A DNA stretch of 64,000 nt, from contig CAWDXG010000004.1 in the NCBI GenBank assembly GCA_963806225.1, forward strand, positions 4,000,001 to 4,064,000. Reading direction: 5' to 3'. Below the pieces are notes generated by a model that ran no database searches, was not told where the DNA came from, and saw only the letters and a program-made list of their open reading frames with translations. Position 1 is the stretch's first letter. Each line of letters begins with the position of its first letter. The position numbers and the translations under genes were made by a program. Below are positions 50,590 through 60,898 of this stretch, in pieces. Source of the stretch: an uncultured delta proteobacterium. GTDB lineage: Bacteria; Myxococcota_A; Polyangia; Polyangiales; Polyangiaceae.

Positions 50590-51444
50590 ATGGGGCAGAG
50601 GGCGAGAGCGGAGGCAAGAGCCGCGGCGCCCGACGCGCGCAGGCGGGCATCGGACTCCGATCCGCCCGAGCTCGTCGAGGTGCCGGCTGCCGTCGTGTGC
50701 GCCAACTGCGGCGACCCGGATTGCCCAGGCTGTCTGGAGATGGAGGAGCTCACGCAAGGCTCCGGCGTGGTCGCCATCGTTCCGTGGGAACGCCCTGGGC
50801 TGGGTTTTTTCGCTCGACTGTGGAGCACGGCGCGGCTGTCGACGCGCACCTACAGCTCGTTCTTCGGCGCGCTGCCCGACGGCGATCTGACCGCGGCGTT
50901 GCGCTTCGCGGTCACCGCCGAGCTGCTCGCGGTGGGAAGCGTGCTGCTCGCGTTCGTGCCAATCGTGCTTGCGATCGCACCCTGGTTGCTCGATGCGGCC
51001 GTAAAGGACGCGGGGCTCCGTCACAGCCTCGTGCGCGCGGTGTTTGCCGGAGTGCCGATCGTTGCGCTGGCGATGGTCGCCTTGCACACACTGCACGGCG
51101 TGGGGCTCGACATCGGTGCGCGGCGCCAGGGCGCGCGCGGGCATCGCGGTCGCGGCCTCAGGTTCGGCCTCTACGCCTGCGGTTGGGATCTGGTGACACT
51201 GCCGCTCGGACTGCTCGTCGTGGCGCTCAGCGAGGGACCGCGCGCGGCGTTCAGCACGGCGCCGCTCGGCATGACGGTGCCGGCGCGCGCGGCCATGTCG
51301 TATCTGCGCGGGGTGCACCGCCTCGACGAAGAGCACGCCCGCGCGGCCGGGCGCTTCGCCGCACTGCTCACCACGTTGGCCGTGGGCACGATGGGTATCT
51401 TCGCCTTCACGGGCGCGGTCATCTACGCACTGCTCGGAGGCTGA
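50590..51444 (+). CDS. Hypothetical membrane protein with a Cys motif
   Basis: CANCGDPDCPGC, VPWER, several TM segments. Confidence 0.7.
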   Translation: MGQRARAEARAAAPDARRRASDSDPPELVEVPAAVVCANCGDPDCPGCLEMEELTQGSGVVAIVPWERPGLGFFARLWSTARLSTRTYSSFFGALPDGDLTAALRFAVTAELLAVGSVLLAFVPIVLAIAPWLLDAAVKDAGLRHSLVRAVFAGVPIVALAMVALHTLHGVGLDIGARRQGARGHRGRGLRFGLYACGWDLVTLPLGLLVVALSEGPRAAFSTAPLGMTVPARAAMSYLRGVHRLDEEHARAAGRFAALLTTLAVGTMGIFAFTGAVIYALLGG

Positions 51445-51468
51445 TCGCCGCGCCGCTTGCGCGGGACG

Positions 51469-52008
51469 CTACCGGCTCTGCACGGCAGGGTTTTCCGACA
51501 GGAAGACGTAGTCGGTGGGCGACATGCTGTGGCAGGCGGCGCAATCGGCGAGACGCCCCTGGCGCAGCACGCGCCGGGCAGCGCTGTCGGCGACGGCGTA
51601 GTACCAGTCACCGTGTCCGGAGTCGTAGCCGGCAGCGCGCTTCTGCATCACCAGCAGCGGACCCGCCCGGCCGTCCTCGGTGTGCGCAGCGGCGAACAAC
51701 GCACCCGCGGTCATCGCCTGCGCGTGGTTCTGCCACGCGTTCTTCCCGGCCGCGTTCGCGAACAGCTGCATGCGGTAGCGCCCGCCGGCATGGCCCCGCG
51801 ACTCGAACGCGCCGAGCTTGGTCAGGTGCGCCGCGTAGTCAGGACGCACGGGGAAGTCGCGTTCCGCGGCGGGCGGGCGTGCGGGCGGCGCGGCCGTCGC
51901 TGCCGGCGCCGCAGCGGCAGGCGAAGGCGCGACGGATCGCGGCGCAGGCGCACAGCCAGGCGCGAGCAGAGCAACGACTGAAGCGGTGAACAGCGCGCGC
52001 CCGCTCAG
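51469..52008 (-). CDS. Cytochrome P460 family lipoprotein; start uncertain
   Basis: LVMQKR, GDWYYA, C-terminal CAACH and DYVF; lipobox APGC. Confidence 0.8.
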   Translation of the reverse strand: MSGRALFTASVVALLAPGCAPAPRSVAPSPAAAAPAATAAPPARPPAAERDFPVRPDYAAHLTKLGAFESRGHAGGRYRMQLFANAAGKNAWQNHAQAMTAGALFAAAHTEDGRAGPLLVMQKRAAGYDSGHGDWYYAVADSAARRVLRQGRLADCAACHSMSPTDYVFLSENPAVQSR

Positions 52009-53126
52009 AACATCGTTCCGAGCTCGAGCGCGATCGTCCACTGGCGCTTCTCGTTCTTGAGTGCCGCCTTCATGTCGGCCTTCGACTGGGTATCGCCCGG
52101 GTTGACGATGTCGGTGATGAACTCGCCGCCGAACATCACCATCTCGTAGCGGTAGTTCAGGCCGAAGATGAGCCGCTGGCGCTGGATGCGCGCCTTGTTG
52201 AAGACGGCGTTGTTGTTGAAGTCGAGCGGCGAGCCGCCGTTGCACACCGGCTGGCCGTCGTAGACCTGGTTGCCGTTGACCGTCTTGGCAGTGTCGGCGT
52301 TGCCGGGCACGTTCTTGCCGCTGTAGTTGCAGTACTGGACGGCGTCCGTCGCCGGCGTCAGGTCGATGAGGCCGGAGTCGGCGAAGATCCACACGTACTG
52401 GTAGCCGACCCAGGGCGTGATGATCGACGAGTCGGCGATCGGCAGCGGCTTGGAGATCTGCACGTCCAGGCTGGCGATGGTGAGCTGGAACTCGGGGGTG
52501 CCCGTGATGGTGCGCACGCCGCCTCCCACCGCGACGTCGGGCAGGATACCGGCAAAGCCAGTGCGGAAGCCCTCGAGCAGTGACATGCGCACGTCGGCAC
52601 CACCGCTCAGGATGCTCGTCTGCGGCATGAAGCCGACGATGCCGGTCATCTCCAGACCGAAACCGAAGCTCTTCCTGATCTTCGCCGAGTAGAGCTGCAG
52701 CACGGAGGGCGGCCCGTTGTTGACGATCGACGCCTTGTTGGTCGAGGTGTCGACGTTGCCCTGCGTCCCCTTGTGCCAGTAGTCGGCGTCCTTGGAGATC
52801 TTGGTGTAGTCGGCCTCGATCGAGAAATGGAAGCCGCCGAAGCCGGTGGTGCGCGCCGAGTGCATCGCCGTGGGCGCCAGCGCGAAGCCGTACTGGTTCA
52901 TCAGCTTGGCGAAGGCGGCGTGATCGGGCAGGCACCAGCGGGCGCCGGTGGCCTTCTCGAGCTGGTCGAGATTGGACGTGCCATCCGAGTAGTGGCCCAT
53001 CTGGTCGTGACAGCTCTGGTCGACGACCAGGCGTTCCAACGCCGGGTCCATCGGCTCGGCCGCAGCCGCTGCAGCCACCGTGAGCGCCAGGAACCCAGCA
53101 GCGAGCGCTGCGAAGCGTGCCTTCAT
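52005..53126 (-). CDS. Putative outer-membrane beta-barrel protein
   Basis: Signal peptide, amphipathic strands, terminal Phe (IALELGTMF). Confidence 0.7.
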   Translation of the reverse strand: MKARFAALAAGFLALTVAAAAAAEPMDPALERLVVDQSCHDQMGHYSDGTSNLDQLEKATGARWCLPDHAAFAKLMNQYGFALAPTAMHSARTTGFGGFHFSIEADYTKISKDADYWHKGTQGNVDTSTNKASIVNNGPPSVLQLYSAKIRKSFGFGLEMTGIVGFMPQTSILSGGADVRMSLLEGFRTGFAGILPDVAVGGGVRTITGTPEFQLTIASLDVQISKPLPIADSSIITPWVGYQYVWIFADSGLIDLTPATDAVQYCNYSGKNVPGNADTAKTVNGNQVYDGQPVCNGGSPLDFNNNAVFNKARIQRQRLIFGLNYRYEMVMFGGEFITDIVNPGDTQSKADMKAALKNEKRQWTIALELGTMF

Positions 53127-53151
53127 TACCAATCCAATCTCCGACCGGGCG

Positions 53152-53181
53152 AGGCTACTTGGGGCCCGGGATCTACGTCAA
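53152..53181 (-). promoter_or_regulatory. Putative sigma70 promoter of the OM protein gene
   Basis: TTGACG-N18-TAGCCT. Confidence 0.5.
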
Positions 53182-53320
53182 GGAGAGCATGGCTCGGCCT
53201 AGGGGCGGGGCCGGCTCCGGAACGTGATTTTCGCGGCGCGTCGCGCACGTCGCAAGCCGTTTTGCGCCGGGAACGCCTCCAGACGCCAAGCCGCTGCTAC
53301 AGTCCGGCCCGGAGCAGCTC

Positions 53321-53875
53321 GTGGCCCCTGAAACATCGAGCCAGAAGCGACTTCGCGGCCTGACCCCGGCGCGGCCGTTCCACATCGTGCTGGTGGAGCC
53401 GGAGATCCCGCCCAACACCGGCAACATCGCGCGGCTCTGCGCGGCGACCTGCTCCCCGCTGCACCTGGTGGGCCAGCTCGGCTTCCGCATCGACGAGCAC
53501 GCGGTCAGGCGGGCGGGGCTCGACTACTGGCATCTCGTGCAGGTGCTCCAGCACGAGAACCTGGCCGCTGCGGAGCATGCCATCGAGGACGCGGCGGAGG
53601 GCGGGCCCGCGCCTCGCTCCTGGCTGTTCAGCGGCAAGGCCGGGCAGAGCTACCTCGAGGCAGACTTCCGGCCGGGCGACGCGCTGGTCTTCGGCAAGGA
53701 GAGCGTAGGGCTGCCGGAGGCGCTTCTGGCAGAGCGGGGCGCGCAGGTGGTGGGGATCCCCACGCTCGGCGGCGTCCGCTCGCTGAACCTGTCCAACGCG
53801 GTGGCGATTGCCGTGTACGAGGCGCTGCGGCAGACAGGCGGGCTCGAGGTCGACGCGGAACGCAGCGGGCTCTAG
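53321..53875 (+). CDS. trmL: tRNA (cytidine/uridine34-2'-O)-methyltransferase
   Basis: EPEIPPNTGNIARLC, RRAGLDYW, FGKESVGLP, RSLNLSN. Confidence 0.95.
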   Translation: MAPETSSQKRLRGLTPARPFHIVLVEPEIPPNTGNIARLCAATCSPLHLVGQLGFRIDEHAVRRAGLDYWHLVQVLQHENLAAAEHAIEDAAEGGPAPRSWLFSGKAGQSYLEADFRPGDALVFGKESVGLPEALLAERGAQVVGIPTLGGVRSLNLSNAVAIAVYEALRQTGGLEVDAERSGL

Positions 53876-53879
53876 CCCG

Positions 53880-53955
53880 GCGAGCGAGAGCGAGCCCGCG
53901 CCAAGCGAAGCGAGGCGCGTCGGGGTGCTCGAGGGGCGGTGAGCCCCCTCGAGGA
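53880..53955. repeat. REP-like palindromic element between convergent genes
   Basis: GCGAAGCGAG spacer plus hairpin CTCGAGGGG..CCCCTCGAG. Confidence 0.5.
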
Positions 53956-53985
53956 GGACTCCGGTGGGGGTGGGCGGGTGGGAGG

Positions 53986-55641
53986 CTAACGCAGGATGAT
54001 GCGGGGGCTGGCGCTGGTGAAGTCGGCGTGGATGCCCCGGGTCTGGCCCGGCGAGAGGGTCACCTGCGCCGAGACGCGCTCGCCCAGCGCGCCGCTGCGG
54101 AAGGTGACCGGATACGTGCCCGGCGCGAGGCTGACGCCCACGACCGGCGTGGTGCCGTAGCCGTGCGAGCCGACCGTCACCCGGGCGGGAGGGTCGGCGG
54201 TAAGGTTGAGCGTGGCATGGCGGCTGTCTACGCCAGGTTCCGCCGCGTGCCCCGACGCGACGGCGTGGACGGCATGCGCCGGCACGTGCGTGGGCGCAGG
54301 CGGCGGCGCAGACGCCGATGATGTGACCTGGGGATGGGCGCTCGGTGCGGGTGCGACGCTGGCCGGAGGCATGGCGCGAGCGGCCGTGGAACGGACCACG
54401 GGTGGCCCGGCAGGGGGCGCAGCGAGAAAACGGACGCCGACCAGCGCCGCCACGGCTACCACCCCCGCCAGCAGCGCCGGCAGCCGCCAGCTCGCCGCGG
54501 CGCGGGACTCGGGCGGCCCGCTCGCCGTGATCGGCGAAGCATCGTCGTCGGAACGGCGCGCGCCCGGCTCCGGAGCGGGAGGCGGCTCGCTCGGCAGCTT
54601 GCGCGTCCACTCGGCCATGTCGTTGCGGGCCGCGAAGGTGCGGGTCACGGGAGCTGACGGAGTGGCGGACAGCGGCGGCGTGGCCTCGCCCGCCGCGCCA
54701 ACGTCTGCTGTCGCTTCCAGCCCGTCGCCGGGCAACCAGGGGCTGGAGCTGCGCGCGCGCCGCCGCGTTTCGCGCACGCGCTGTCCGAGGCGCCGGGCGA
54801 TGTCGCCGAGATCCGCGCTCTTCTGGAACTCGCGCAGGGGCCGCGCCAAGAGCTCCGCCCGCGCCGGGCGCTCCTCCGGATCGAGTGCGAGCGTGGAGGC
54901 GATCAGCTCGTCCAGCGACGCGAGCTCGGGATCGTGATCACCCAGCGGCGCCGGCGGCGTGTCCAGCGCGCGCTCCGATTCCTCGGCTGTGGCGCGCCGG
55001 AACGGCGGCCGCCCCGTCCAGGCCTCCATCAGCAGCACGCCGACGGCGAACACATCGGTGGCAGGCGTCAGATGTCGACCGCGGAGTTGCTCCGGTGGCA
55101 TGTGGCCGGGCGATCCGAAGATCTCCGGACGACCGGCAGCCTCCTCCCCGGGCACCAGCGCTGGCGCGGCGATGCCGAAGTCGATCAGGCGCACGGCGCC
55201 TTCCTCGTCGACCATCACGTTGCGCGGCGTCACATCCCGGTGAACGATGCCGGCACGGCGATGCGCGTAGTCCAGGGCGCGGCAAATCTCGACCCCCACG
55301 TAGGCGCCCTCGCCGGGGCTGAGCGGGCCGGTCGCCGAGAGCAGCTCGGCCAGCGTGGTGCCCTCGCACTGCTCCATCGCGATGTAGTAGACGCCCTGCT
55401 CGACCCCGAGCTCGTACACGGGCACGATGTTCGGGTGACCGAGCTCCACGGCGGTCTTGGCTTCCTCGACGAAGCGGCGCACGAAGGCCTCGTCGCTGGC
55501 GAGCTCGGGCCGGATCTGCTTGACGACCAACCGCTTCTCGAAGCCTACCGCACCGCGTAGCGTGGCCAGGTACACCCGCGCCATGCCGCCCGCAGCAATC
55601 TCGCGCTCCAGCACATACTTGCCGAAGATCTGGGGGAACAT
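53986..55641 (-). CDS. Ser/Thr protein kinase with TM and PEGA-like domain
   Basis: GGMARVY, VVK, HRDVTPRN, DFG, PPEQ. Confidence 0.93.
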   Translation of the reverse strand: MFPQIFGKYVLEREIAAGGMARVYLATLRGAVGFEKRLVVKQIRPELASDEAFVRRFVEEAKTAVELGHPNIVPVYELGVEQGVYYIAMEQCEGTTLAELLSATGPLSPGEGAYVGVEICRALDYAHRRAGIVHRDVTPRNVMVDEEGAVRLIDFGIAAPALVPGEEAAGRPEIFGSPGHMPPEQLRGRHLTPATDVFAVGVLLMEAWTGRPPFRRATAEESERALDTPPAPLGDHDPELASLDELIASTLALDPEERPARAELLARPLREFQKSADLGDIARRLGQRVRETRRRARSSSPWLPGDGLEATADVGAAGEATPPLSATPSAPVTRTFAARNDMAEWTRKLPSEPPPAPEPGARRSDDDASPITASGPPESRAAASWRLPALLAGVVAVAALVGVRFLAAPPAGPPVVRSTAARAMPPASVAPAPSAHPQVTSSASAPPPAPTHVPAHAVHAVASGHAAEPGVDSRHATLNLTADPPARVTVGSHGYGTTPVVGVSLAPGTYPVTFRSGALGERVSAQVTLSPGQTRGIHADFTSASPRIILR

Positions 55642-57559
55642 GTCGCGCCGGTATCGTAGCGCCGTCTGGCTGTTTCTGCTGCTTTCGGGCTGCGCGCCGC
55701 AGAAGCAGCCGGAGCGCGTGCTGTCGCTGTCGCTGCACTGGCTGCCAGGCTGCGCCGGCGACGCGAACGAGGGGGCGACCGTGGAGCTGTCGGCGCTGGG
55801 CGATTTCGATGCCTCGCCGGTCACGGCCGAGGCCTTCAGCGCTTCCGAAAGCGGGCGCGAGCTGTCGTTTCCGCCGCTCACGCGCGCCGTGGAGGCTCGT
55901 CTGGACACCGGCAACCGGCACTGGCTGGGTGTCGCGGAGCGGGACAGGGACGCCGTCCAGCTGCCGCTGTGGCCTGCAGACGGCGCTTGCCCACTGTTTC
56001 CGCTGGACGACAGCCCGGGCTACCCGGGGCCTGTGCCCGGAGAGGCGATGGGCTGGGCACCCGCCCAGCACACGCTGCTGATCGCCGGCGAGCTGTCGGC
56101 GAGCTCGAGCTCGGCGCAGGCGGTCAGTGTCGACCTGCAGAGCGGCAAAGCCTCGCGCGTGCCCGGCGGCATGCTGCAGGGCCGGGCCTACTCGACGATC
56201 ACGCCCTTCGGCGGGAACCTGCTGGTGGCGGGCGGGCTCGACACCCAGGCGACGCACGACCTCGGCAAGGCACCTCCGCTGGATAGCGCGCTCGTCTACA
56301 ACATCGCGAAGGGCCGCTTCGACCGCGCCGACCCGATCGCGCTATCGCGGGCACGCGCGCACCACGCTGCGCTGGTTCTGCCGTCGGGCGAGACCCTGCT
56401 GGTCGGCGGCATGGGCAACGCCGGCGAAGCGCTGGTGCCGCTCGAGGCGGTCTCGCCGGCCGACGGCACGGCGAGGGTGACCGGGCTGGCAACGCCGGCC
56501 GTGGGCCGGATCGATCCGGCTGCGCTCCGGCTCGACGACGGACGCATCCTGATTTGCGGCGGCACCGACTCGAACGGCAAACCCATCGGTCTGCTGGAGT
56601 GGCTGACTGCGGATGCGGCTTCCGCGTACTTCACGCCGGCCCAGCTGCCGCCGCGCTTCGATCGCGCGTTCGTGGCGATGCCCGGCGGCGGCGCGCTGGC
56701 CGTGGGCGGCTGCGAGGATCGAGCCCCGAAGAACGCAGGCGAGGACTGCAGCGCGTGCGAGCGCGGCTGCCCGCCCAGCGGGGGCTACGACGCCTGGTGG
56801 ATCACGCCCGAGGGTGTGCCCGAGCAGCTGCCGGACCTGCCCGTGGACGCCCCTCACCCGGAGCTGGTGCCGGCGGAGAACGGCGCTCCGTGGCTGTGGA
56901 GCGCACGGGCCCGGAGCTGGCTGCGCTTCGACCCGTGGCAGGCGCGCTTCGTCCCGGTCGCACCCGACCTCGCACCGGGGCCGGATGCCGGAATGCCCGC
57001 ACCGGTCGCGATCGATCCCGGGGCGTTCGTGTGGCTCTCGAGCGACGGGCAACACACGACCCTCGGCGGCTTCCGGCACGGCACCCGCGAACGCTTCGCC
57101 TTCGATCTGCTGCCGCTGCTCGGCGGCGTACCTCCCTCCGGCAGCTTTCCGGACTCGCCGGCGTGGCACCTGGCGCCCGATCGCTCGCCGCTCGGCGCGA
57201 ACGCGGAGGTGCGCTTCGACCCGGCACAGGGCCTGGTGCTGGACGGCGACTACGCGACCGCCTTGCTCACCGACACCAGCTACGCTCCGCTGCGCCTGGA
57301 GATGACGCTCGGCGGAGGCTCGCCGCCGCGCGTGCGACTGGGCAGCCGGGAAGTGGGCGGCGCGGATTGCCCATGGCCAGCGGCGGGTCCGGATACCCTC
57401 GTGCTGATCCGCAACGGCGCGACGCTGCAGCTCCAGCGCGGCCAGAGGACGGAGACCTGCAGCCTCGGGGTCGATCGCGTGACGGTGGCGCTCGCTGCCG
57501 GCGGGTCCGCACGCCACAGCGTGATCCGCGGCATCACCGTGCGCCGCAGCATGCCTTGA
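55640..57559 (+). CDS. Kelch-repeat lipoprotein
   Basis: MSRRYRSAVWLFLLLSGC lipobox; LLVAGG, LLVGG, ILICGG and LAVGG Kelch motifs. Confidence 0.8.
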   Translation: MSRRYRSAVWLFLLLSGCAPQKQPERVLSLSLHWLPGCAGDANEGATVELSALGDFDASPVTAEAFSASESGRELSFPPLTRAVEARLDTGNRHWLGVAERDRDAVQLPLWPADGACPLFPLDDSPGYPGPVPGEAMGWAPAQHTLLIAGELSASSSSAQAVSVDLQSGKASRVPGGMLQGRAYSTITPFGGNLLVAGGLDTQATHDLGKAPPLDSALVYNIAKGRFDRADPIALSRARAHHAALVLPSGETLLVGGMGNAGEALVPLEAVSPADGTARVTGLATPAVGRIDPAALRLDDGRILICGGTDSNGKPIGLLEWLTADAASAYFTPAQLPPRFDRAFVAMPGGGALAVGGCEDRAPKNAGEDCSACERGCPPSGGYDAWWITPEGVPEQLPDLPVDAPHPELVPAENGAPWLWSARARSWLRFDPWQARFVPVAPDLAPGPDAGMPAPVAIDPGAFVWLSSDGQHTTLGGFRHGTRERFAFDLLPLLGGVPPSGSFPDSPAWHLAPDRSPLGANAEVRFDPAQGLVLDGDYATALLTDTSYAPLRLEMTLGGGSPPRVRLGSREVGGADCPWPAAGPDTLVLIRNGATLQLQRGQRTETCSLGVDRVTVALAAGGSARHSVIRGITVRRSMP

Positions 57560-57562
57560 CCG

Positions 57563-59365
57563 CTACTTCTTGAAAAAACGGCCGAACAGTCCGCCCGTAT
57601 CCGACTTCGCTTTCGGCACCTCGCTCTTCTTTTCCCTTGGGTGCGTGGAGTGCCGCATATCGTAGAGCCGGAGCTCGCGCTGCGCGTCGACGTGCTTGGG
57701 GTTGTGCCCGACGATCCAGCGGAAGTCGCGCACGGCGCCCTCGGCCTTGCCCCGGCGCTTGAGCAGCTGGCCGCGGTAGAAGCGCGCGCGCTCGTTGTTG
57801 GGCTCGCGGCTCACTGCCTGGTTCAGTGTCGCTATGCACTCGTCGATCTGCTGATCGCCGGCGTCGGGCTTCTGCGAGCGGATCCACGCGAGCAGCGCCA
57901 TGTAGTCGGCCTGCGCCGGGTCATCCGCCAGAGCGCGCAGGATGTGCTCTTCCGCGCCGGCGAGGTCGTGCTTCTTCAGGAGCACCTGCGCCTTCTGGTA
58001 GCTGGTCGCCGCGCGCAGCACCTGCTGCACCTGCTCCTGCTCCTGGGCGCTGCCGCCACCGTCCTCCAGCACACCGTCGTAGTCCTGCCGTTGCTCCGCG
58101 TCGGTCAGCACGTGGTGCGCTTCGGTCATGCGCGAGAAGACACGCGTCGCATGCTCGCGGACGTCCTCGTATTCCGCGCCGAGCCGGTCGGGATGCCAGC
58201 GCTTGGCGAGCTGGAAGAAGGCGGCCTGGATCGCCGAGTCGTCCGCATCACGGGGCACGCCAAGGATCACGTAGTAGTCCTGGTCCGCCATCGCCTCGGC
58301 CCGCTCGCGGATTTCCGTCTTGAACGCAGCGACCTCCGGGCCTTCGCCACGAGGCGGCGCCTGGCTGATGCGTGGCGCGGTGGTCGTGGACGAACCCTGG
58401 ACTTCGGCGGCCCGGGGCGCGGAGTCCCTCGCGGGCGATGCTGCCGCCGCTTCGGCCTGCGCCGCCGGAGCGTCTCCGGAGGAAGGCGCCGGACGCTGGC
58501 CGGTCGAGAAGTGCTTTGCGCCGGTCGCGAAGCGGCGGCGTCTCGAGCCGTCGTTCGTCTTCTTGCTTTTCGGTATTGCGATGCGGGACGACGAGGGCGG
58601 CTCGTCCACGCCCACCGGCAGCGAGCCCGGGACACCGAGGTCGAGGTGACGCGCGATCACGAGCAGGTACACCAGCCGCTTCACCAGCTGTTCTTCGGCC
58701 AGGCCCAACCCGAGCAAGGCGTCCAGCCGCTGTGGCTTCATCCGGAGCACGTCGATGACCGCCTGCTCGCGCGAGCCGAAGTGGAAACGGGTGAGCTGCG
58801 CGTCGGGGTGGAAGCGCAGCTCCCGCCCGGCAACCCGCGACAGGCCCGTGTCCAAGGCAGCCGGCGAAGCGTGGAGCCGCACCACGCGCCACAAGAGCTC
58901 CAGGGGCGTGGCGCGTGGCGCGTCGGGTCCGCCCCAGCGCGTGAGCAGGTTCTGCCCCTCGTAGAAACCGTAGAGCGTCTCGGGCGGCAGCGTGCACAGC
59001 CATAGGACCTGCCGTGCCACCTGCTCGCGCAACGCCTCCTTCAGCGTCCCGACCTGGATTGCGCCTTCGCGGACCAGCAGTCGCCCATGGAGCTGCCGCT
59101 GCTTGGCCACCTCGGCCAGCGTGCGGTTGTACGTTGCCTCGTCGATGGCGCCCATCTCCAGCAGCAAACGCCCGAGATGGATGACCGGCTGGGCGGTCTT
59201 GGCCTTCGCCGGCGCACCCTTTTCGAACCAGAACGCGCTGCGCTCGTGCAGAGGCGTCTCGACCACGAGCGTACCGTCGAGCCGCCGGTCGAGCATGTAC
59301 ACCAGAAGGTGCGCGACGGGCGTAGCCTGCAGCGTGCCCGTCGCCGTGGGCTTCGGTTCGGTCAT
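57563..59365 (-). CDS. DUF4388-like + DnaJ J-domain + TPR protein
   Basis: LGRLL, DYYVILGV..KRWHPD, C-terminal TPRs, GLFGRFFKK. Confidence 0.88.
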   Translation of the reverse strand: MTEPKPTATGTLQATPVAHLLVYMLDRRLDGTLVVETPLHERSAFWFEKGAPAKAKTAQPVIHLGRLLLEMGAIDEATYNRTLAEVAKQRQLHGRLLVREGAIQVGTLKEALREQVARQVLWLCTLPPETLYGFYEGQNLLTRWGGPDAPRATPLELLWRVVRLHASPAALDTGLSRVAGRELRFHPDAQLTRFHFGSREQAVIDVLRMKPQRLDALLGLGLAEEQLVKRLVYLLVIARHLDLGVPGSLPVGVDEPPSSSRIAIPKSKKTNDGSRRRRFATGAKHFSTGQRPAPSSGDAPAAQAEAAAASPARDSAPRAAEVQGSSTTTAPRISQAPPRGEGPEVAAFKTEIRERAEAMADQDYYVILGVPRDADDSAIQAAFFQLAKRWHPDRLGAEYEDVREHATRVFSRMTEAHHVLTDAEQRQDYDGVLEDGGGSAQEQEQVQQVLRAATSYQKAQVLLKKHDLAGAEEHILRALADDPAQADYMALLAWIRSQKPDAGDQQIDECIATLNQAVSREPNNERARFYRGQLLKRRGKAEGAVRDFRWIVGHNPKHVDAQRELRLYDMRHSTHPREKKSEVPKAKSDTGGLFGRFFKK

Positions 59366-59518
59366 CCCGGGAGAAGACTAGCACCAGGCGGGTCGGCGTC
59401 GCAGCAGGTGCCCGGGACCAGCGTGCTTTCGACGCGTTCGGGCCGGACTCTGCACCAGACCCGGTGGCAGCGGGCCCGGCGCGTGGCACAACGCCGCGAT
59501 CCTCGGTACCTTGCGGCC

Positions 59519-60889
59519 ATGCCGCGTGGCCATGTGCTGGTGGTGGACGACGAGCCGTCCATCCTGAACACCCTGAAGAAAGCTCTTTCGCTCGAGGGCT
59601 ACGCGGTGGACGTGGCCGGCGGCGTCGGGATCGCCGAGGAACGGCTGCGCAAGCGCGGCTACGACGTGCTGCTGCTCGATGTTGCGCTGCCCGACGGGGA
59701 CGGCGTCGAGCTGCTCGGGCGACTGCGCGCCGCAGGCAACGACGCGCAGGTCATCATGATGAGCGGCCACGCGACCATCGACGCCGCGGTGCGCGCCACG
59801 AAGCTCGGCGCGCTCGACTTCCTCGAGAAGCCGCTCTCGACCGATCGCCTGCTCGTCGTGCTGGAGAACACCTTCCGGCTGATGCGGGCCGAGGAAGAGG
59901 CGGCCGAGCTGCGCGCCGAGGTGGGCTGGTTCGAGGAGCTGATCGGCGACAGCCGCGCGATGAGCGAGCTGCGCGAACAGATCACGCGCGCGGCGCGCGC
60001 CCAGGCGGGCGTGCTCATCACCGGCGAGCGCGGCACCGGCAAGGAGCTGGTCGCACGCGCCATCCATCGCGCTTCGCCGCGCGCCAAGGGCCCGCTCGAG
60101 AAGCTGAACTGCGCCGCCGTGCCGGCCGAGCTCATCGAGAGCGAGCTCTTCGGCCACGAAGCGGGCGCCTTCACCGGCGCCACCAAGCAGCGCCGTGGCA
60201 AGTTCGAGCGAGCGCACGGCGGCACGCTGTTCCTCGACGAGGTGGGCGACATGCCGCTCACCATGCAGGCCAAGCTGCTGCGCGTGCTGCAGGAGCGGGA
60301 GATCGAACGCGTTGGGGGCAGCGATACGCTCAAGGTCGACGTGCGCGTCGTCGCCGCCACCAACCGCGACCTGGTCGCCGCCTGCGAAAAGGGCGAATTC
60401 CGCCCTGATCTCTACGATCGGCTGAATGTCGTCCCGCTCGAGCTGCCGCCGCTGCGGGCGCGCCGCGAGGATATCCCGCAGCTCGCCCACCATTTCATCG
60501 AGATCGCGGCGCGCGCGAACAACCGCCCGGGCGTGCATCTCGCCGAGGGCGCCATCGAGGCGCTCGGACGCCACTCGTTTCCCGGCAACGTGCGCGAGCT
60601 CCGGAACCTGATCGAGCGACTTGTCATCCTGTGCCCCGACGACGCCATCGCCGCGGCCGACGTGGAGCGCGCGCTCGGCATGAGCGGCTCCCCCAGCGCC
60701 GCGGGCCTATACCGCCCGGGCGTGCCGTACCGCGTGCTGGTCGAGGAAGCCGAACGCACCATTGTGGAAGAAGCGCTCGGCCACCACGGCGGGCAGATGG
60801 CCGCCACCGCCCGCGCGCTCGGCCTGGAGCGCAGCCATCTGTACAAGAAGACCCGTGCGCTCGGCCTGCGCGGCGGCGGGGACGAGTAG
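59519..60889 (+). CDS. Sigma54-dependent response regulator (NtrC family)
   Basis: REC domain (VVDD, LLD, EKP), GERGTGKE, GAFTGA, FPGNVREL, Fis-type HTH. Confidence 0.96.
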   Translation: MPRGHVLVVDDEPSILNTLKKALSLEGYAVDVAGGVGIAEERLRKRGYDVLLLDVALPDGDGVELLGRLRAAGNDAQVIMMSGHATIDAAVRATKLGALDFLEKPLSTDRLLVVLENTFRLMRAEEEAAELRAEVGWFEELIGDSRAMSELREQITRAARAQAGVLITGERGTGKELVARAIHRASPRAKGPLEKLNCAAVPAELIESELFGHEAGAFTGATKQRRGKFERAHGGTLFLDEVGDMPLTMQAKLLRVLQEREIERVGGSDTLKVDVRVVAATNRDLVAACEKGEFRPDLYDRLNVVPLELPPLRARREDIPQLAHHFIEIAARANNRPGVHLAEGAIEALGRHSFPGNVRELRNLIERLVILCPDDAIAAADVERALGMSGSPSAAGLYRPGVPYRVLVEEAERTIVEEALGHHGGQMAATARALGLERSHLYKKTRALGLRGGGDE

Positions 60890-60898
60890 CCGCGCGCG

